DNA of 43,097 nucleotides, taken from NCBI GenBank assembly GCA_033442325.1, contig JAWQFM010000009.1:1229863-1272959 (forward strand), read 5' to 3'. This document shows, in pieces, positions 1 through 23,679 of the stretch. This stretch comes from Salpingoeca rosetta. Taxonomy: Eukaryota > Protista > Choanoflagellata. A model generated the notes under the pieces. The model saw only the letters and a list, made by a program, of their open reading frames with translations. It did no database searches and was not told the origin of the DNA. The position numbers and the translations under genes are program-made. Position 1 is the first letter of the stretch, and every line of letters starts with the position of its first letter.

Positions 1-949
1 ACACACACACACACACACACACGCACACACACACACACACACGCAGCACACACGCAGCACACACGCACACACACACGCAGCACACATCCACAACACACAT
101 ACACAACACCCATCATCATCCATCCTCCATCATCACCAACCAACCGAGCGAACCCAAAAATGCCCACTACACTTTATCGTGAATCTAGTATTGCTGACTC
201 ATCATCACGTCACAAAGCAAAACACAAAAACCGGTTTGCTTTTGTTTTGCTGAACGCGTGGCGCACTGGTGGATACGCCATGGCATTGCATAACTATTTT
301 TGGGTGTGTCTTCTGCGAGCAACGCGAACGTTCGCGCTTCTCCTCTCTTTCTTGCGTCTTCTTCTTTGCTTGCCTTTTTTTTCTCTCTTGTGCGCCTTTC
401 TCTCCTGCTTCACGCAGCCTCTGCGCACCTGTCATTTTCCTCACCAACCCTTTAACCCCAAACCTCACACAGCTCGCCTGCTTGCGTTGTTCGTCGCTGT
501 CGTTGGTGAGCCTCTGACAACTTGCGCGTCCTTGCTTGACATCACAACCCACACCTGCACCAAGTTGCAGCCCACACCCCACACCCCATACACAACATCC
601 ATCCGTCCATCAAGCAACGCAAAACACACCCACCATCGCCTTCTTCTCCTGTTTCAAACCTCCTTTTTTGTTCTCCTCACTTCTCTGTCCTCTCTGTTGC
701 TTGTGTTTCTGTGCATGAGCAAACCTTGTCATCAATTACTTTTGCTTGCTCTGTCGTCGTCGTCGCCCTTGCTCATCAAGATCTTCTTCACTTCTCTCTC
801 TCTCTCTCTATCCTTCTTCACAACAACCATCTCTCCCGCTTCCCACCACGACAACACACACACACACCACCCATTTTCCACACCACGATCACTTTGTTGA
901 TCGCGAACACCAATCCCAACACCAACGCCAAAGCAAACCACCACCCACC

Positions 950-3094
950 ATGTCGTCTTCTTCGTACCATGTGTCCCACTCATCACCAATGCACAACACT
1001 GACGATTGGTGGTGTTCCTCTGCACAACAGCGACTGGAACGCAGTGCCCGCCCATGCGCGGCCGTGAAGCTGGAATATCAAGAGGTGGAAGAGAAAGGAG
1101 TGGATGCTCCGGCATTGTCATCGCCAACCCCGTCTTCAGCCACAACCATGATGACGGCGGCTTACAACAACAACAACAACAACAACAACAAGCAGCACAA
1201 GGCCTCGGCCGCGCTTGCCTTTGATGACTACAGCAACAACGACAACGACAGAGCCGTTTCTCCGGACCTGGCGTTGTCCAGCTCCGGCCTGTCTCCGTCC
1301 ACGTTTGCTGACGACGCGTCGCCTCCACATGCCCCCTTTGGTGACAACAACAACAACGCTGGCGATGACAGGACGATGTGCATGCCGCTGCGCCAAACCG
1401 CCAAGCAGCAGCAGCAGCCACAGCCATCTCCCCACCACCTCCTCTTCCCCGTCTCTGCCGCCAATGCCCATGATGACTCGGGATTGGCGTGCAACGACAG
1501 CCTCTTGATGGATGATGGTGCTCGCTACACCTCCTCCACCTCCACCTCCAATTCCACGGCCCCGCTCTCTGGGCAAGTGCACAGCGCTTCTCGTGTTCCT
1601 CCGCCACAAGGTACAGCAGCTTCCACCACCATCATGGATGACGGTGTGTTGCGTGGCGCGCTCGTTCCCTTACCGCTTTCCACCACCCCTGCTTCCTCCT
1701 CCTCCTCCTCTTCCTCCCATTGTACACGCAACGCTGTCATTGACGCTACTGCACACCACCACCACCACCACCATTCTTCCCCCTCTTTCGCCTTTGCGTC
1801 TCCCCCGTGCTCTCCGTCAATGTCGTCGTCGTCGTCATCGGGCTTTGTGTCGTCGTTGACGCCGCCTCCATCGCCCACGCCACCCTTTTTCTTGGCCGAT
1901 GATGACGACGTGCTTGCGTCGTTCGACCTTGACACCGTCATGCGTGGCGTTGCGTTTGACAACGTCAACGACACCATTGTTGCCGATGGCGTTGCCCCCT
2001 CTTCACTTTGTCATTCCCCTTTCTCCTCCTCCTCCTCGTCCTTCCTTCCCACTCATCTTTCTTCTCCCCCGCACCACGACGCCACTCCATTCACAGCAGA
2101 GATGCACAAGAGTACCAACAACAACAACAACAACAGCCGCAGCAGCACCAGGATGACACGTTCCCTGATGTTTGCTGGGCACCCTGACGGTGCCCGCTTG
2201 GTTGGTCTCTTTGATACCCGTGAAGCGTCCCAGTGCTTTCACGGCGTCCCCGGACACGACCTCGAGTCCGACCCCGCGTCTGGCTCGCTGCTGTCGCTGT
2301 CCCCCTCTCCAACCGCCTCCACAGCGGACCACATGAGTGGCTTCTTCTCCTTCCCTGCCTCACCGTACGAGGGTAGCAACCAGCCGCGCGTCGATGGCTT
2401 TCTCCACGACGACAACTACGAAGACAACTTTGATGATGGCCTCAACCTCTTTGAAGACAACGATCAAGAGGAGCTGCCCACCAAGCGCGCCAAGACAGAG
2501 CCGTCGATGGTGACCCGCTCCAAGGTGCGCCGCCAGCAGCAGCACAAGCAACAGACCAAGAAGACCCGGGACGCCGCTGCTCCTGGTTCGCCCTCCTCCT
2601 CATCCTCCTCCAGCCGCGCGTCTCCTGCCTCAACCTGGACGTCATCCACCACCACAACAACGCAATCGCAATCGACCCGCTCGTCGGTGTACGATCGCCA
2701 GGCCGTGACGGGGCCCTCCACCCCAGCCAGCGGCAGTGGTGGCAGTACCAACGCCAACGCTAACGAGGACGACAACGACGAGGCTCTGGACCTCTCGCTG
2801 ATGCACGCGGACATCCGCAAGATGCTTGAGAAGAGCAAGGCGGAGGGCCGCGAGCTGACGGCGAGCGAGCGCAAGGCCGTGCGCAACGAGAAGGCGCGCA
2901 TCCGCTCCAAGCGCAACCGCCTCAAGCGCAAGAAGGAGGCCAACAACATGCGCATGCGCGTGTCGCACCTGGAGAGCGAGAACCGGCAGCTGCACAGCAA
3001 GAACTGCCAGCTGGAAGGCGAGAACCACCGCCTCAACGCCCTCGTCGCCCAGCTCCAAGAGCAGCTCAAGCAGCAGCAGCATCAGCAGCGCTAA
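950..3094 (+). CDS. bZIP transcription factor, single exon, long low-complexity N-terminus and C-terminal bZIP
   Basis: ATG at 950 (ccaccATG context) inside ORF 746-3094. The C-terminus has a basic region RKAVRNEKARIRSKRNRLKRKK followed by a heptad zipper M-L-L-L-L-L (MRMRVSHLESENRQLHSKNCQLEGENHRLNALVAQL). S/P/N/Q/H-rich tracts lie upstream. Confidence 0.85.
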   Translation: MSSSSYHVSHSSPMHNTDDWWCSSAQQRLERSARPCAAVKLEYQEVEEKGVDAPALSSPTPSSATTMMTAAYNNNNNNNNKQHKASAALAFDDYSNNDNDRAVSPDLALSSSGLSPSTFADDASPPHAPFGDNNNNAGDDRTMCMPLRQTAKQQQQPQPSPHHLLFPVSAANAHDDSGLACNDSLLMDDGARYTSSTSTSNSTAPLSGQVHSASRVPPPQGTAASTTIMDDGVLRGALVPLPLSTTPASSSSSSSSHCTRNAVIDATAHHHHHHHSSPSFAFASPPCSPSMSSSSSSGFVSSLTPPPSPTPPFFLADDDDVLASFDLDTVMRGVAFDNVNDTIVADGVAPSSLCHSPFSSSSSSFLPTHLSSPPHHDATPFTAEMHKSTNNNNNNSRSSTRMTRSLMFAGHPDGARLVGLFDTREASQCFHGVPGHDLESDPASGSLLSLSPSPTASTADHMSGFFSFPASPYEGSNQPRVDGFLHDDNYEDNFDDGLNLFEDNDQEELPTKRAKTEPSMVTRSKVRRQQQHKQQTKKTRDAAAPGSPSSSSSSSRASPASTWTSSTTTTTQSQSTRSSVYDRQAVTGPSTPASGSGGSTNANANEDDNDEALDLSLMHADIRKMLEKSKAEGRELTASERKAVRNEKARIRSKRNRLKRKKEANNMRMRVSHLESENRQLHSKNCQLEGENHRLNALVAQLQEQLKQQQHQQR

Positions 3095-3960
3095 ACGACA
3101 CGACCCCATCACACACGGCCGCTATAGCAAACAACACGTAAATGCAATTTCGCTTCACGATAACGACAACAGCCGCCATCACACGGAGACCGGGATATAC
3201 GATACAGGATGAACAAGGAGGGGATGTGACGTGTACTGCTCAGAGAGCGCCAGAGACATCGTCCCTGTCCTCTCCTTTTTTTTTTTCCCCACCCCCGTTC
3301 TCTGTCTGTCTTTCTCGATCCACGCCAGCAAACACATGCATGATATCTGTGGTTTGGCCTATCTACTTGACCTTTCTGAAAGCCCCGAAAACGACAACAC
3401 TCGTTTCCTTGCTTTTCCCCCAAATTGTCCATGCCATCCCCTTTGATTCGATTAGGCGATTCCACTCGCAGACAACAGCAGGCACATGCCTTGCTGATGA
3501 TGCTTCTGCCCTCTTATGCTATTTGACACTTTTTTTTTTTCGCACCTATGTGTGCACAGGTTGCACGACACAGTTTTTGTGTGTTGATCCACGCTCCCAA
3601 ACCATCATGATTTATGTTTGTGGTGGCGATGGTGCATCTCTACGGCTTCCCCTCTTTCTTTCTTTCTTTCTTTCTTTTTTTTTTTCCTGTTTGCCCTGTT
3701 GCTTCCTTTCTTCCTTCCTCTTCCATGCTTGTCGCTTGTTCTTGGCGGTTTCCCCGCCAACGCTCGTGTACATACAGATGACATGTTGCTCGCGTCTATC
3801 AAATAAACACAGCGCAAAGCAGTTTTATTGTAAAGTGTGAACCCTAAACACGATGGTGATGAGGCCTGAACGCGTTCGTTAAACGACACTCAGGATGATC
3901 GTGATTTGTCTGTTTGCGTGTGTTGTGTTGAGCTGTGAACACTGCACGAACCTGCGACAA

Positions 3961-4046
<86 letters not shown>

Positions 4047-4049
4047 TCT

Positions 4050-7328
<3,279 letters not shown>

Positions 7329-7546
7329 GGTGTGGTTGTTGGCGATTCGCAACAGCACCCACGACTTCTCTATTCGAGTCCTGCGGGCACTTCGAACGCC
7401 CCAAGCTTGTCGTTGCACAATCAAAAATGGCTCTTGCAGCGGCAAGGGCGAAACAGAGAGCATTCAGTTTATCAGTGCAAAGACACAGCAGCGACCGACC
7501 TTTTGTGTGAGTGAGACGACGTTGTTGTTGTTGTTGTTGTTGTTGT

Positions 7547-7579
<33 letters not shown>

Positions 7580-7967
7580 CAACGAGGGCGACGAGGATGG
7601 CAGTGCCACGGGCTGTACGCACGCTCACCCAAAGGTTCGTTGCACGTATGTGTGTGTGTGTGTGCGTTTGTGGTGTACCACTACAAAACACCGCATGTCA
7701 AAAGGCTGCCCAGCGCTTCAGCAAGGCGATTCAGCGCTCACAGAAGAAGAACCTGTGTCCACAACGTTGCGTTTCCCATTACCATCACCATCACCATCAT
7801 CACACCTCAATCTGAATGCACAACCTTCCCACACAACACTACGTGTGACACTTGAACACCATGCACACGCCATCCCTTACCCACACACCACTGACATGCA
7901 TACACATACACATCACGCACACATCACTGACATGCACACACTCACGCACACGCACTGGCGCACGCAG

Positions 7968-8940
7968 TGTACGATGCCTTTCCAGCGCCGGGCGCCTGCT
8001 GCAATCGCCGCCACCACCGCCATCACAGTCACAGAAGGAGCAGAAGCAGCTCATCACCCCAAGCACCGTGTACTTGAACGGGGAGTTTGTGCCGTCCGAC
8101 CAGGCCAAGGTGTCTGTGTTTGACCGCGGCTTCCTATTTGGAGACGCCATCTATGAGGTCGTGTCTGTGATCCACGGTGGCATCTTCGACGAAGTCCCAC
8201 ACATGGAGCGGCTGGAGCGCTCCCTGGCCAAGGTTGGCATGCCAATGCCCATGTCACAGGAGCAGTTTGTTCACACCATCCTCGAGGTCGTCGACCGCAA
8301 CGAGCTGGATGAGGGCGTTGTGTACATGCAGATCACCCGCGGGGCTGGGGACCGCACCTTCACCTACAACAGCCTTGTCGACGCCGGCATGACGCAGAAC
8401 ATTGTCATGTTCGCGCAGCATCTGAACCTCCTCAACGCCCCCGCCATCGAGTCGGGCCTCAGCATCAAGACGGTACCAGACATCCGCTGGCGCCGCTGCG
8501 ACATCAAGACCGTGCAGTTGCTCGGCGCCTCGCTCTCAAAGACAGCAGCTGCGCGCGAGGGCTACAACGGCATCTGGTTTGTGGACCCAGACACGCACAT
8601 GATCACGGAGGGCGACTCCAACAACACCTTCATCGTGCAGGGCAACACCGTCATCTCCCCAGGCCTGCACCGCAACGTGCTTCCCGGCATCACCCGCAAC
8701 GTCGTCAAGGAGATTGTCGAGGCTGCGGAGGGCCTTGAGTTTGAGGAGGCAGACTTTGGCGTTGATGCCGCGCTGGCTGCCGATGAAGCCTTTGCCACCT
8801 CCGCGGGCCTCTTTGTGACCGGCGTCACGTCCCTGGATGGCCGTCCCATCAGCGGTAGCAAGGTTGGCCCCATCACCAAGCGCCTGCGCAAGCTCTACAT
8901 TGAGCGCGCCCTGGAGCACCTCACCATCTCCGACAACTAA
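7968..8940 (+). CDS. dat: D-amino-acid (D-alanine) aminotransferase, PLP fold type IV; main exon (5' exon probably starts near 7597)
   Basis: Motifs TVYLNGEFV, DRGFLFGDAIYEV, YMQITRGAGDRTF, RWRRCDIKTVQLL (catalytic Lys), ITEGDSNN, LPGITR and DEAFATSA. The acceptor is cag|7968. The upstream exon MAVPRAVRTLTQRFVA plus RCLSS looks like a mitochondrial presequence, but the junction is unresolved. Confidence 0.85.
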
Positions 8941-9001
8941 CCCAACCACGACACAGAAGACGGCATCAAGCAAGTGTGCTGAATTGCTGACGTGCTGAGA
9001 T

Positions 9002-9066
<65 letters not shown>

Positions 9067-9471
9067 TTGTTTGTGTGCGTTTGCGTGCGTTTATTTGTTT
9101 GTGTGTGTTTGTTTGTTTGTGTCTGTGCATTTGTTTGTGTGTGTGTGTGTGTGTGTGTGCGTTTATTTGTTTGTGTGTGTTTGCTTGTTCATTCGTGTGT
9201 GTGCTTGCCACTGCGTGTTCCCCTGCCATAAACAGTTACCCTTTTCTTGGCTCAAACATGGTGGTCTGTGCTTTGTATCATGAGAACAAAAACCGAACAT
9301 CGCGCACACACGCGCAAGTCCCACGACAGGAAAAATGGTGTCAACGCGTGTGCTCCACCATGCCACGTCAAGCACATACACAATCATGTAAAGAAGATGC
9401 AAAGCTCCACCACCAACAAACAAAACAAAGACACACACGCACACACACACACGCTCACACGCTCACACAGG

Positions 9472-12686
<3,215 letters not shown>

Positions 12687-12914
12687 GCTTGTTGTTGCTT
12701 GCTTGCTTGCTTGCAAGCTTTTTTGTTGTCTTGTTGTTTGTGGGCGGTGTTTGTTGTCGTTTCGACAGCAAAATTGACGTTGATGGCAAAGGCAAATTTA
12801 CTTTCCCTCCACCACACCCAATACAGAGGCAGGCGGGGAGTGAACCTCACACACAAAGCAGACAGACAGAGAGACACAAGCACACAAGCACACAAGCACA
12901 CAAGCACACACACA

Positions 12915-12955
<41 letters not shown>

Positions 12956-12960
12956 GCAGG

Positions 12961-13303
12961 ATGCCGCGCGCAAAGTCAAGGCCTCGCCAGCGAGCGAGGC
13001 GAAACAGGGGCAGAACAAACAGGTGGAAGCTGGCGGCGCATCACAAGGAAGACCTCATGGCCGCGTTGGCCATCACAAACAAGGTCATCGAAGCCCTCAT
13101 GACCCTCCTCGCCATCTACCTTCTCACAGAACTTCACGCCATCCCGCTAGGCTGCAGGCACGTTGTGTTTGTATGTGCTTGTTTGTGTGTTGTGTGTGTG
13201 TTTGTTTGTGTGTTGTGTGTATGCTTGTGTGTGTTTGTGTTTGTATGTGCTTGTGTTTGTATGTGCTTGTGTGTGTGCTTGTGTGTATGTGCTTGTTTGC
13301 TTG

Positions 13304-13364
<61 letters not shown>

Positions 13365-14358
13365 GTGCACATGTGTCCAAGCCACACTTGCTACCGCTTC
13401 CATGGCAAGCGACTCTCCTTGTTGCTCCACACCCACACTCATGTGCGCACCCCCCACGCAACTTCTCGCAAACGCGTGTTGTACTACATGTAGGTTTTTC
13501 GACTGCTTACAAGTATGGGTGGAAAAAGGCGGTCAGGATGAGCCAGACTTCTTCGCACGTCCCGTGAGTTTACCATCCTTGGCCTTCACCCACATTCCGC
13601 TCATCATGGCTCTCTCCTCTTCCAGCCGTGCACACACATACGCCAACGATGTTTTTGAAACAAACTGCACCTTTGTTGCTTGAGGTTCCTGGCTGTTGCT
13701 TCTTCCTTGTATCCGCAACGCCCAAAGTGTGGGCCCCCCTCAACCCCACTTCCTCATCCCCAACTCTCCCCCCTTCCCAAACCAAATACGCACATTCATA
13801 AATCGTCTTACGCGACAACGCTGGTTGTGCCTCCAGTGCTCCATCCAGCGTGAGCTGTGCCACTTCTCATATGGCCGCCCAGACCTCTGGCGAGAGGACG
13901 CGATGGCTGGCGAACTCTCGCTGGAACTGAACCAGACCTACGGCGCCGTTGCCGCCTACTGCCAGTGCCTGCTGGAGCGCCGTGATTTCCCCATCTTCTG
14001 CGACTTCAACCTCAGCCGCGCAGTGTTCTTCATCTACGGCCTGCTGCTCGTGGCGCTGATGGAGGCCACGTCCACCGTCAAGGGGCTGCGACACTACTCC
14101 CTGCGAGCACTGGGCATCTTCATGGTCGTCGTGTTGTACATGTCCATCTACATCTACTTCAACGCCGCGCAGAGCACGTGCGACTCGTTTGAGCTGATGG
14201 TGTCGCTGCGCGTCATCAACGCCATCTGCTATTCGTCGTTCTTCATCCTGGCTGTCAGCGGGCTGCTTGAGCTGCACTTCTGGGTCAGGGCATTTAGGAA
14301 AGGGAAGACGGAGGAGCTCCTGCTGGACCTCCAATCCAACAAGGCCATCGCAAACTAG
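12961..14358 (+). CDS. Uncharacterised four-pass membrane protein with a Cys-rich first loop (exons 12961-13157, 13494-13563, 13837-14358)
   Basis: Hydrophobic segments IEALMTLLAIYLL, AVFFIYGLLLVALM, ALGIFMVVVLYMSIYIYF and VINAICYSSFFILAVSGLL, with GC3-rich codons. The first intron needs a GC donor (AG|GCACGT); the second is GT-AG. Confidence 0.65.
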
Positions 14359-14429
14359 TGCCGGCGGCCTGCGGTGGTGCACACGGCATCGTGACGCAGG
14401 CGATACAACGTCACCATTTCTTGCGTGCC

Positions 14430-14513
<84 letters not shown>

Positions 14514-15068
14514 TGCAAGTGTACGTGCATGTGTACGTGCATGTGTACGTGCAAGTGTGTGTGTGTGGCCTTTGGTGTGATTCTCATGTATGATTCTCAG
14601 GTGTCCGACTGCGTGTGAGGGTGGCTGTCGTATTGCCACCTTGTTGCATATGTAGATCCAAGCAAATAGCGTGCTTGATGCTGTCGTTGTGGTGTTGCGC
14701 CCCCTCCTCCTTCTTCCCCCCCCCCTATATCCCGCTGATTTTACGGCGTATGCCAATGAATGCCATCACTGCCTGTCCCCTCCCACTGCCTCCTCATGCT
14801 TCTCAAACCCCCCCCCCCCCCTTTTGTCGATTGCACGATTCTCGTGGTGCGTGACATGCTGCTCGCCCCTGTGCTGTTCGCCACGTGTCCACCCCTTCCG
14901 TCACATGCGTTTCACCAACGCTGCCTGGTCTCATGGGTAATGATGCTGATGTGACATTCATCATTGTATGTAGCTTGGAACCCATTACACGAACCCCCAT
15001 TTTCAACTGGTGCAAGCGAAGAGTACGTCGGAGGGAAAGAGGGGAAAGAGATAAGCGACGGACACATA

Positions 15069-15168
<100 letters not shown>

Positions 15169-15181
15169 CAATGGGCAGCGG

Positions 15182-20228
<5,047 letters not shown>

Positions 20229-20635
20229 CTCCGCTGTTGTTGATGACGAGGCGGACTTTGCGACAGCACATAAATCGCATGTCACCACCGAGGACAGCAG
20301 GAGGCATGGATCCTCTGGACGAACGGCAACAACATGAGCGGGTGAGCAGGTGAGCGAGTGAGTGTGAGCAGAGGCAGATGCAAGTGTGTCTGTGTGTGTG
20401 TGTGTCTGTGTCTGTGTGTTTGTGTGTGTGTGTATGTGTGTGTGTGTGTGTTTGTGTGAGCGCGTTGTGTGTGTGTGTGTGTGATTGTGTGTGTCTGTGT
20501 CTGTGTTTGTGTTTGTGCCGGAGTCTGTGTGAGCGCGCTCCTCGGTGTTGTGAGGCACTGTTGTTTCTCGCATCCACTTCGCGCATGAATGTTGCTTATC
20601 TCCTTCGCTTTTACCCGACGCAACTGTGACAGGAG

Positions 20636-20916
20636 ATGGAGGAGCTCCGGCACACCTTTCCCAAGGTGTTCAGGGCTGTTCCTCTCAAGGAGGCCGACGC
20701 CATGCCAGACACAAAGACGGTTCGTACGTGAAAGCAAAAGTGAGATTGGGCGTGGTGACGGGAAGTTGAGTTAACGTTGCTCATGGGCACGTCTCTCACT
20801 CACTCACACATACACACACGCACACACAAACGTACACACAAACACACACACACACACAAACAAACAAACCCATACAAATACACACACACAAACAAACAAA
20901 CAAACTCATACAAACA

Positions 20917-21004
<88 letters not shown>

Positions 21005-21785
21005 TGCGTATTTGCAGGTGGTGCTGATTCGCCATGGACAAGGGCATCACAACTTGGCGGCCATTGAAGCCGGGCACGGTTGCACGTGTAAATACGGCGT
21101 GCCAAGCAAAGAAACCCCGTGCCCATACATCAACGAAGACCTGGTTGACCCAGCACTGACAGAGAAGGGCAAGGCTGAGGCACAACACGGCGCACAGGCG
21201 CTGCAGCGTGCCATTGAGGAAGGCCACCACGCCCCACTGGACATGGTGTTCGTGTCCCCACTCAAACGCACGCTGCAGACTGCAAGCCTTGTGTTCCCTT
21301 CCGAGAAAGCCCGTCCCCGGATGGTCGCTGTGGAGCACCTTCGCGAGCAGCTCGGCGTCCACCACTGCGACATGCGCAGCCCCATCTCACACGTGTCGCA
21401 GCACTTCCCGCACATCGACTTCTCCCACATCCCCAGTGACCACGATGCCCTCTGGTCGCCTCGCCGCGAAACAAAGGCAGAGCTGGCCGAGCGCGCCACC
21501 ACCGCCATGCGTCGCGTCTTTGATATTGCCGACGCCAGCACCTCCCCTATTGGTATCGTGTCGCACTCCTCGTTTCTCGCAGCACTCGTCAACATCGTTG
21601 TCGACACCACCGCTTGCGAGCACGTTGCTGCCCCCTTCGCCACAGGGGAGGTGCGCTCCGTTGCGCTGCAGCTGCAAACCAGTTCCAACATCGTTCCACG
21701 CCCACTCCCTCACAACGACGATCACAATAACCACTGCGACAGCAAGGACGATGCCGACGGTGGTGGTGGTGGTGGAACCACGTAG
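20636..21785 (+). CDS. Histidine phosphatase / phosphoglycerate-mutase-like protein (exons 20636-20719, 21018-21785)
   Basis: Motifs VVLIRHGQGHHN, DPALTEKGKAEA, VSPLKRTLQTA, LREQLGVHHCDMR and IGIVSHSSFL; phase-0 GT-AG intron. Confidence 0.9.
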
Positions 21786-22519
21786 GCAATGTACAATCAA
21801 GCGTCTGGCTGCCAGCCTTCAGTTGCCTGTCGCACGTGTTTCTGTTGGCAGCTTCGCCAAACGAAGCGGGTTTCATCCTGTTTGTGTTCTTCATCACACA
21901 ACACGGCACATTCACTTTGTGCATCGTGTGCCGTTGTGCGCGGTTCGCATTTCAAGTAAACAACATCACATTGCGCGCGAAACGAAAGCGTACAACACCT
22001 CTGTTGTTATCTTCTTCGGTGCGTGCGGCGCTGTGTAGTTTGAACCGCCTCATAACAACCATCAGCCCAGATCCAGAGAAGCGATAAGCAGCATGCATGG
22101 GCTGGGAAAGAATGGTAACACAGAGGGTGCCACAGACGGTTGGCAAGGTGACAAAACTGAATGCTCGCAGGTAACACAATGGGGAGGGGCAAATTAACAA
22201 AACAAGGCAGTCGTGCGTGCGTGCCAAAGGGCAGCCAGCGTTGCAGGGAAAGGTAGGAGGCGGCGGAATAGAAACGTCGGGATACAGAACAGTTGCGAGA
22301 CTGCATGCATGCAGGCAAGAAAGAAAGGAAGAAAGAAAGAAAGAAAGAAAAGCGCGCCGGCAAACGAAAGAAAACAAGAGTGTTTGTTCGACTGAACAAC
22401 TGAAAGACGGTCAACCGGTGGGGTGCGAGCGATGATTGCCACAGTGTGACCATCACAAGCATCCACACTGCAAGTGCAGCATTGTGTCTCCACACACACA
22501 CACACACACACGCACACAC

Positions 22520-22606
<87 letters not shown>

Positions 22607-22666
22607 GTCACGCAGTCACACGTGCGGCTTGTGGGGTGCACGTCGTCAAGCCAACACACCCAAAAC

Positions 22667-23623
22667 TCAGAACTCCGAGAAGGGCTTGACGAAGATCTGG
22701 AGGTTTTTGTGGACGGGGTGGTCCACGCCCTGACCGCACGTGCACGAGCTGCCGGCAGAGAAGCAGCGATGAGATGTCGAGCGCTCGTTGGTGGAGTATG
22801 ATGAATTCATCTGGACGGCACCTGCAGAAGATAAGCAGATACTTGGCTGCCAAAGGGAGTGCACAGATAGCTTGGCTGACACACACAGGTACACACACAT
22901 ACGCACGTACGCACAATACGCACATATGCACGCAATGAGTTGACTCACTCGCGGTACTGGTAGCCAGCGCCGTGCAAGACCTTGAGCCAGCCACCGTCAG
23001 CCCCCGTCTGGTCGCAGAAGCCACGAAAGACATTGTCGCCAGCGCGAAGGTAGTATGCCTGGCTGCGTGTCAAGCCTGTTGAAAGGACAGTACTGCACGA
23101 CTGCGCTGGACTATCCGGAAGCAGACCATCCACAAGGTTCACAGTGGACTCGTCCAGGGGTTTCACCCAAATTGTGAAATCTGAAAATCACATAAAATGT
23201 AAAACACAAACAAACAAACAAACAAACAAACAAACAAACAAACATGTATTCTTGTGAGGTTGATTGTTGCGAATCAATCGAAGAGAAGGAAGATAAAAGT
23301 GTTCATGTGTGTGCGCACAACTGTGCGTATGCATGTGTGTATGTGTGTGAGACTGTTTGTGTGTGTGTGTGTGTGTGTTAGTGTGTGTGACTGAATGTGT
23401 GTATGTGCTCCTATGTACACTGGAGGTGGTGTTCGTTGCGACAGCTCACCCTTGTGTGGTGGATAGTTGGAGCTGCTGCCGCAGGTACATTGTGATCCTG
23501 TCGGCGTGACCATGGATTGGCAGAGTGAGCAGGAGTGCATCTCATTCGGGTGAAGTTAAGAATAATTCAGCCGTCATAACACCACACAGCGTACCAACAG
23601 AAGAATACAGAGCAGGAGCAGAA

Positions 23624-23679
<56 letters not shown>

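Noticed and set aside
160-900. 246-aa ORF upstream of the bZIP gene (possible gene or regulatory uORF)
   Set aside because: CT-rich low-complexity sequence with no domain or codon bias. A uORF role cannot be supported without TSS or ribosome data.
7968-8940. Branched-chain aminotransferase (ilvE/BCAT) call
   Set aside because: It has the DAT-type YEV and RW.R.DIK motifs rather than the BCAT-type FEG and K..GNY motifs.
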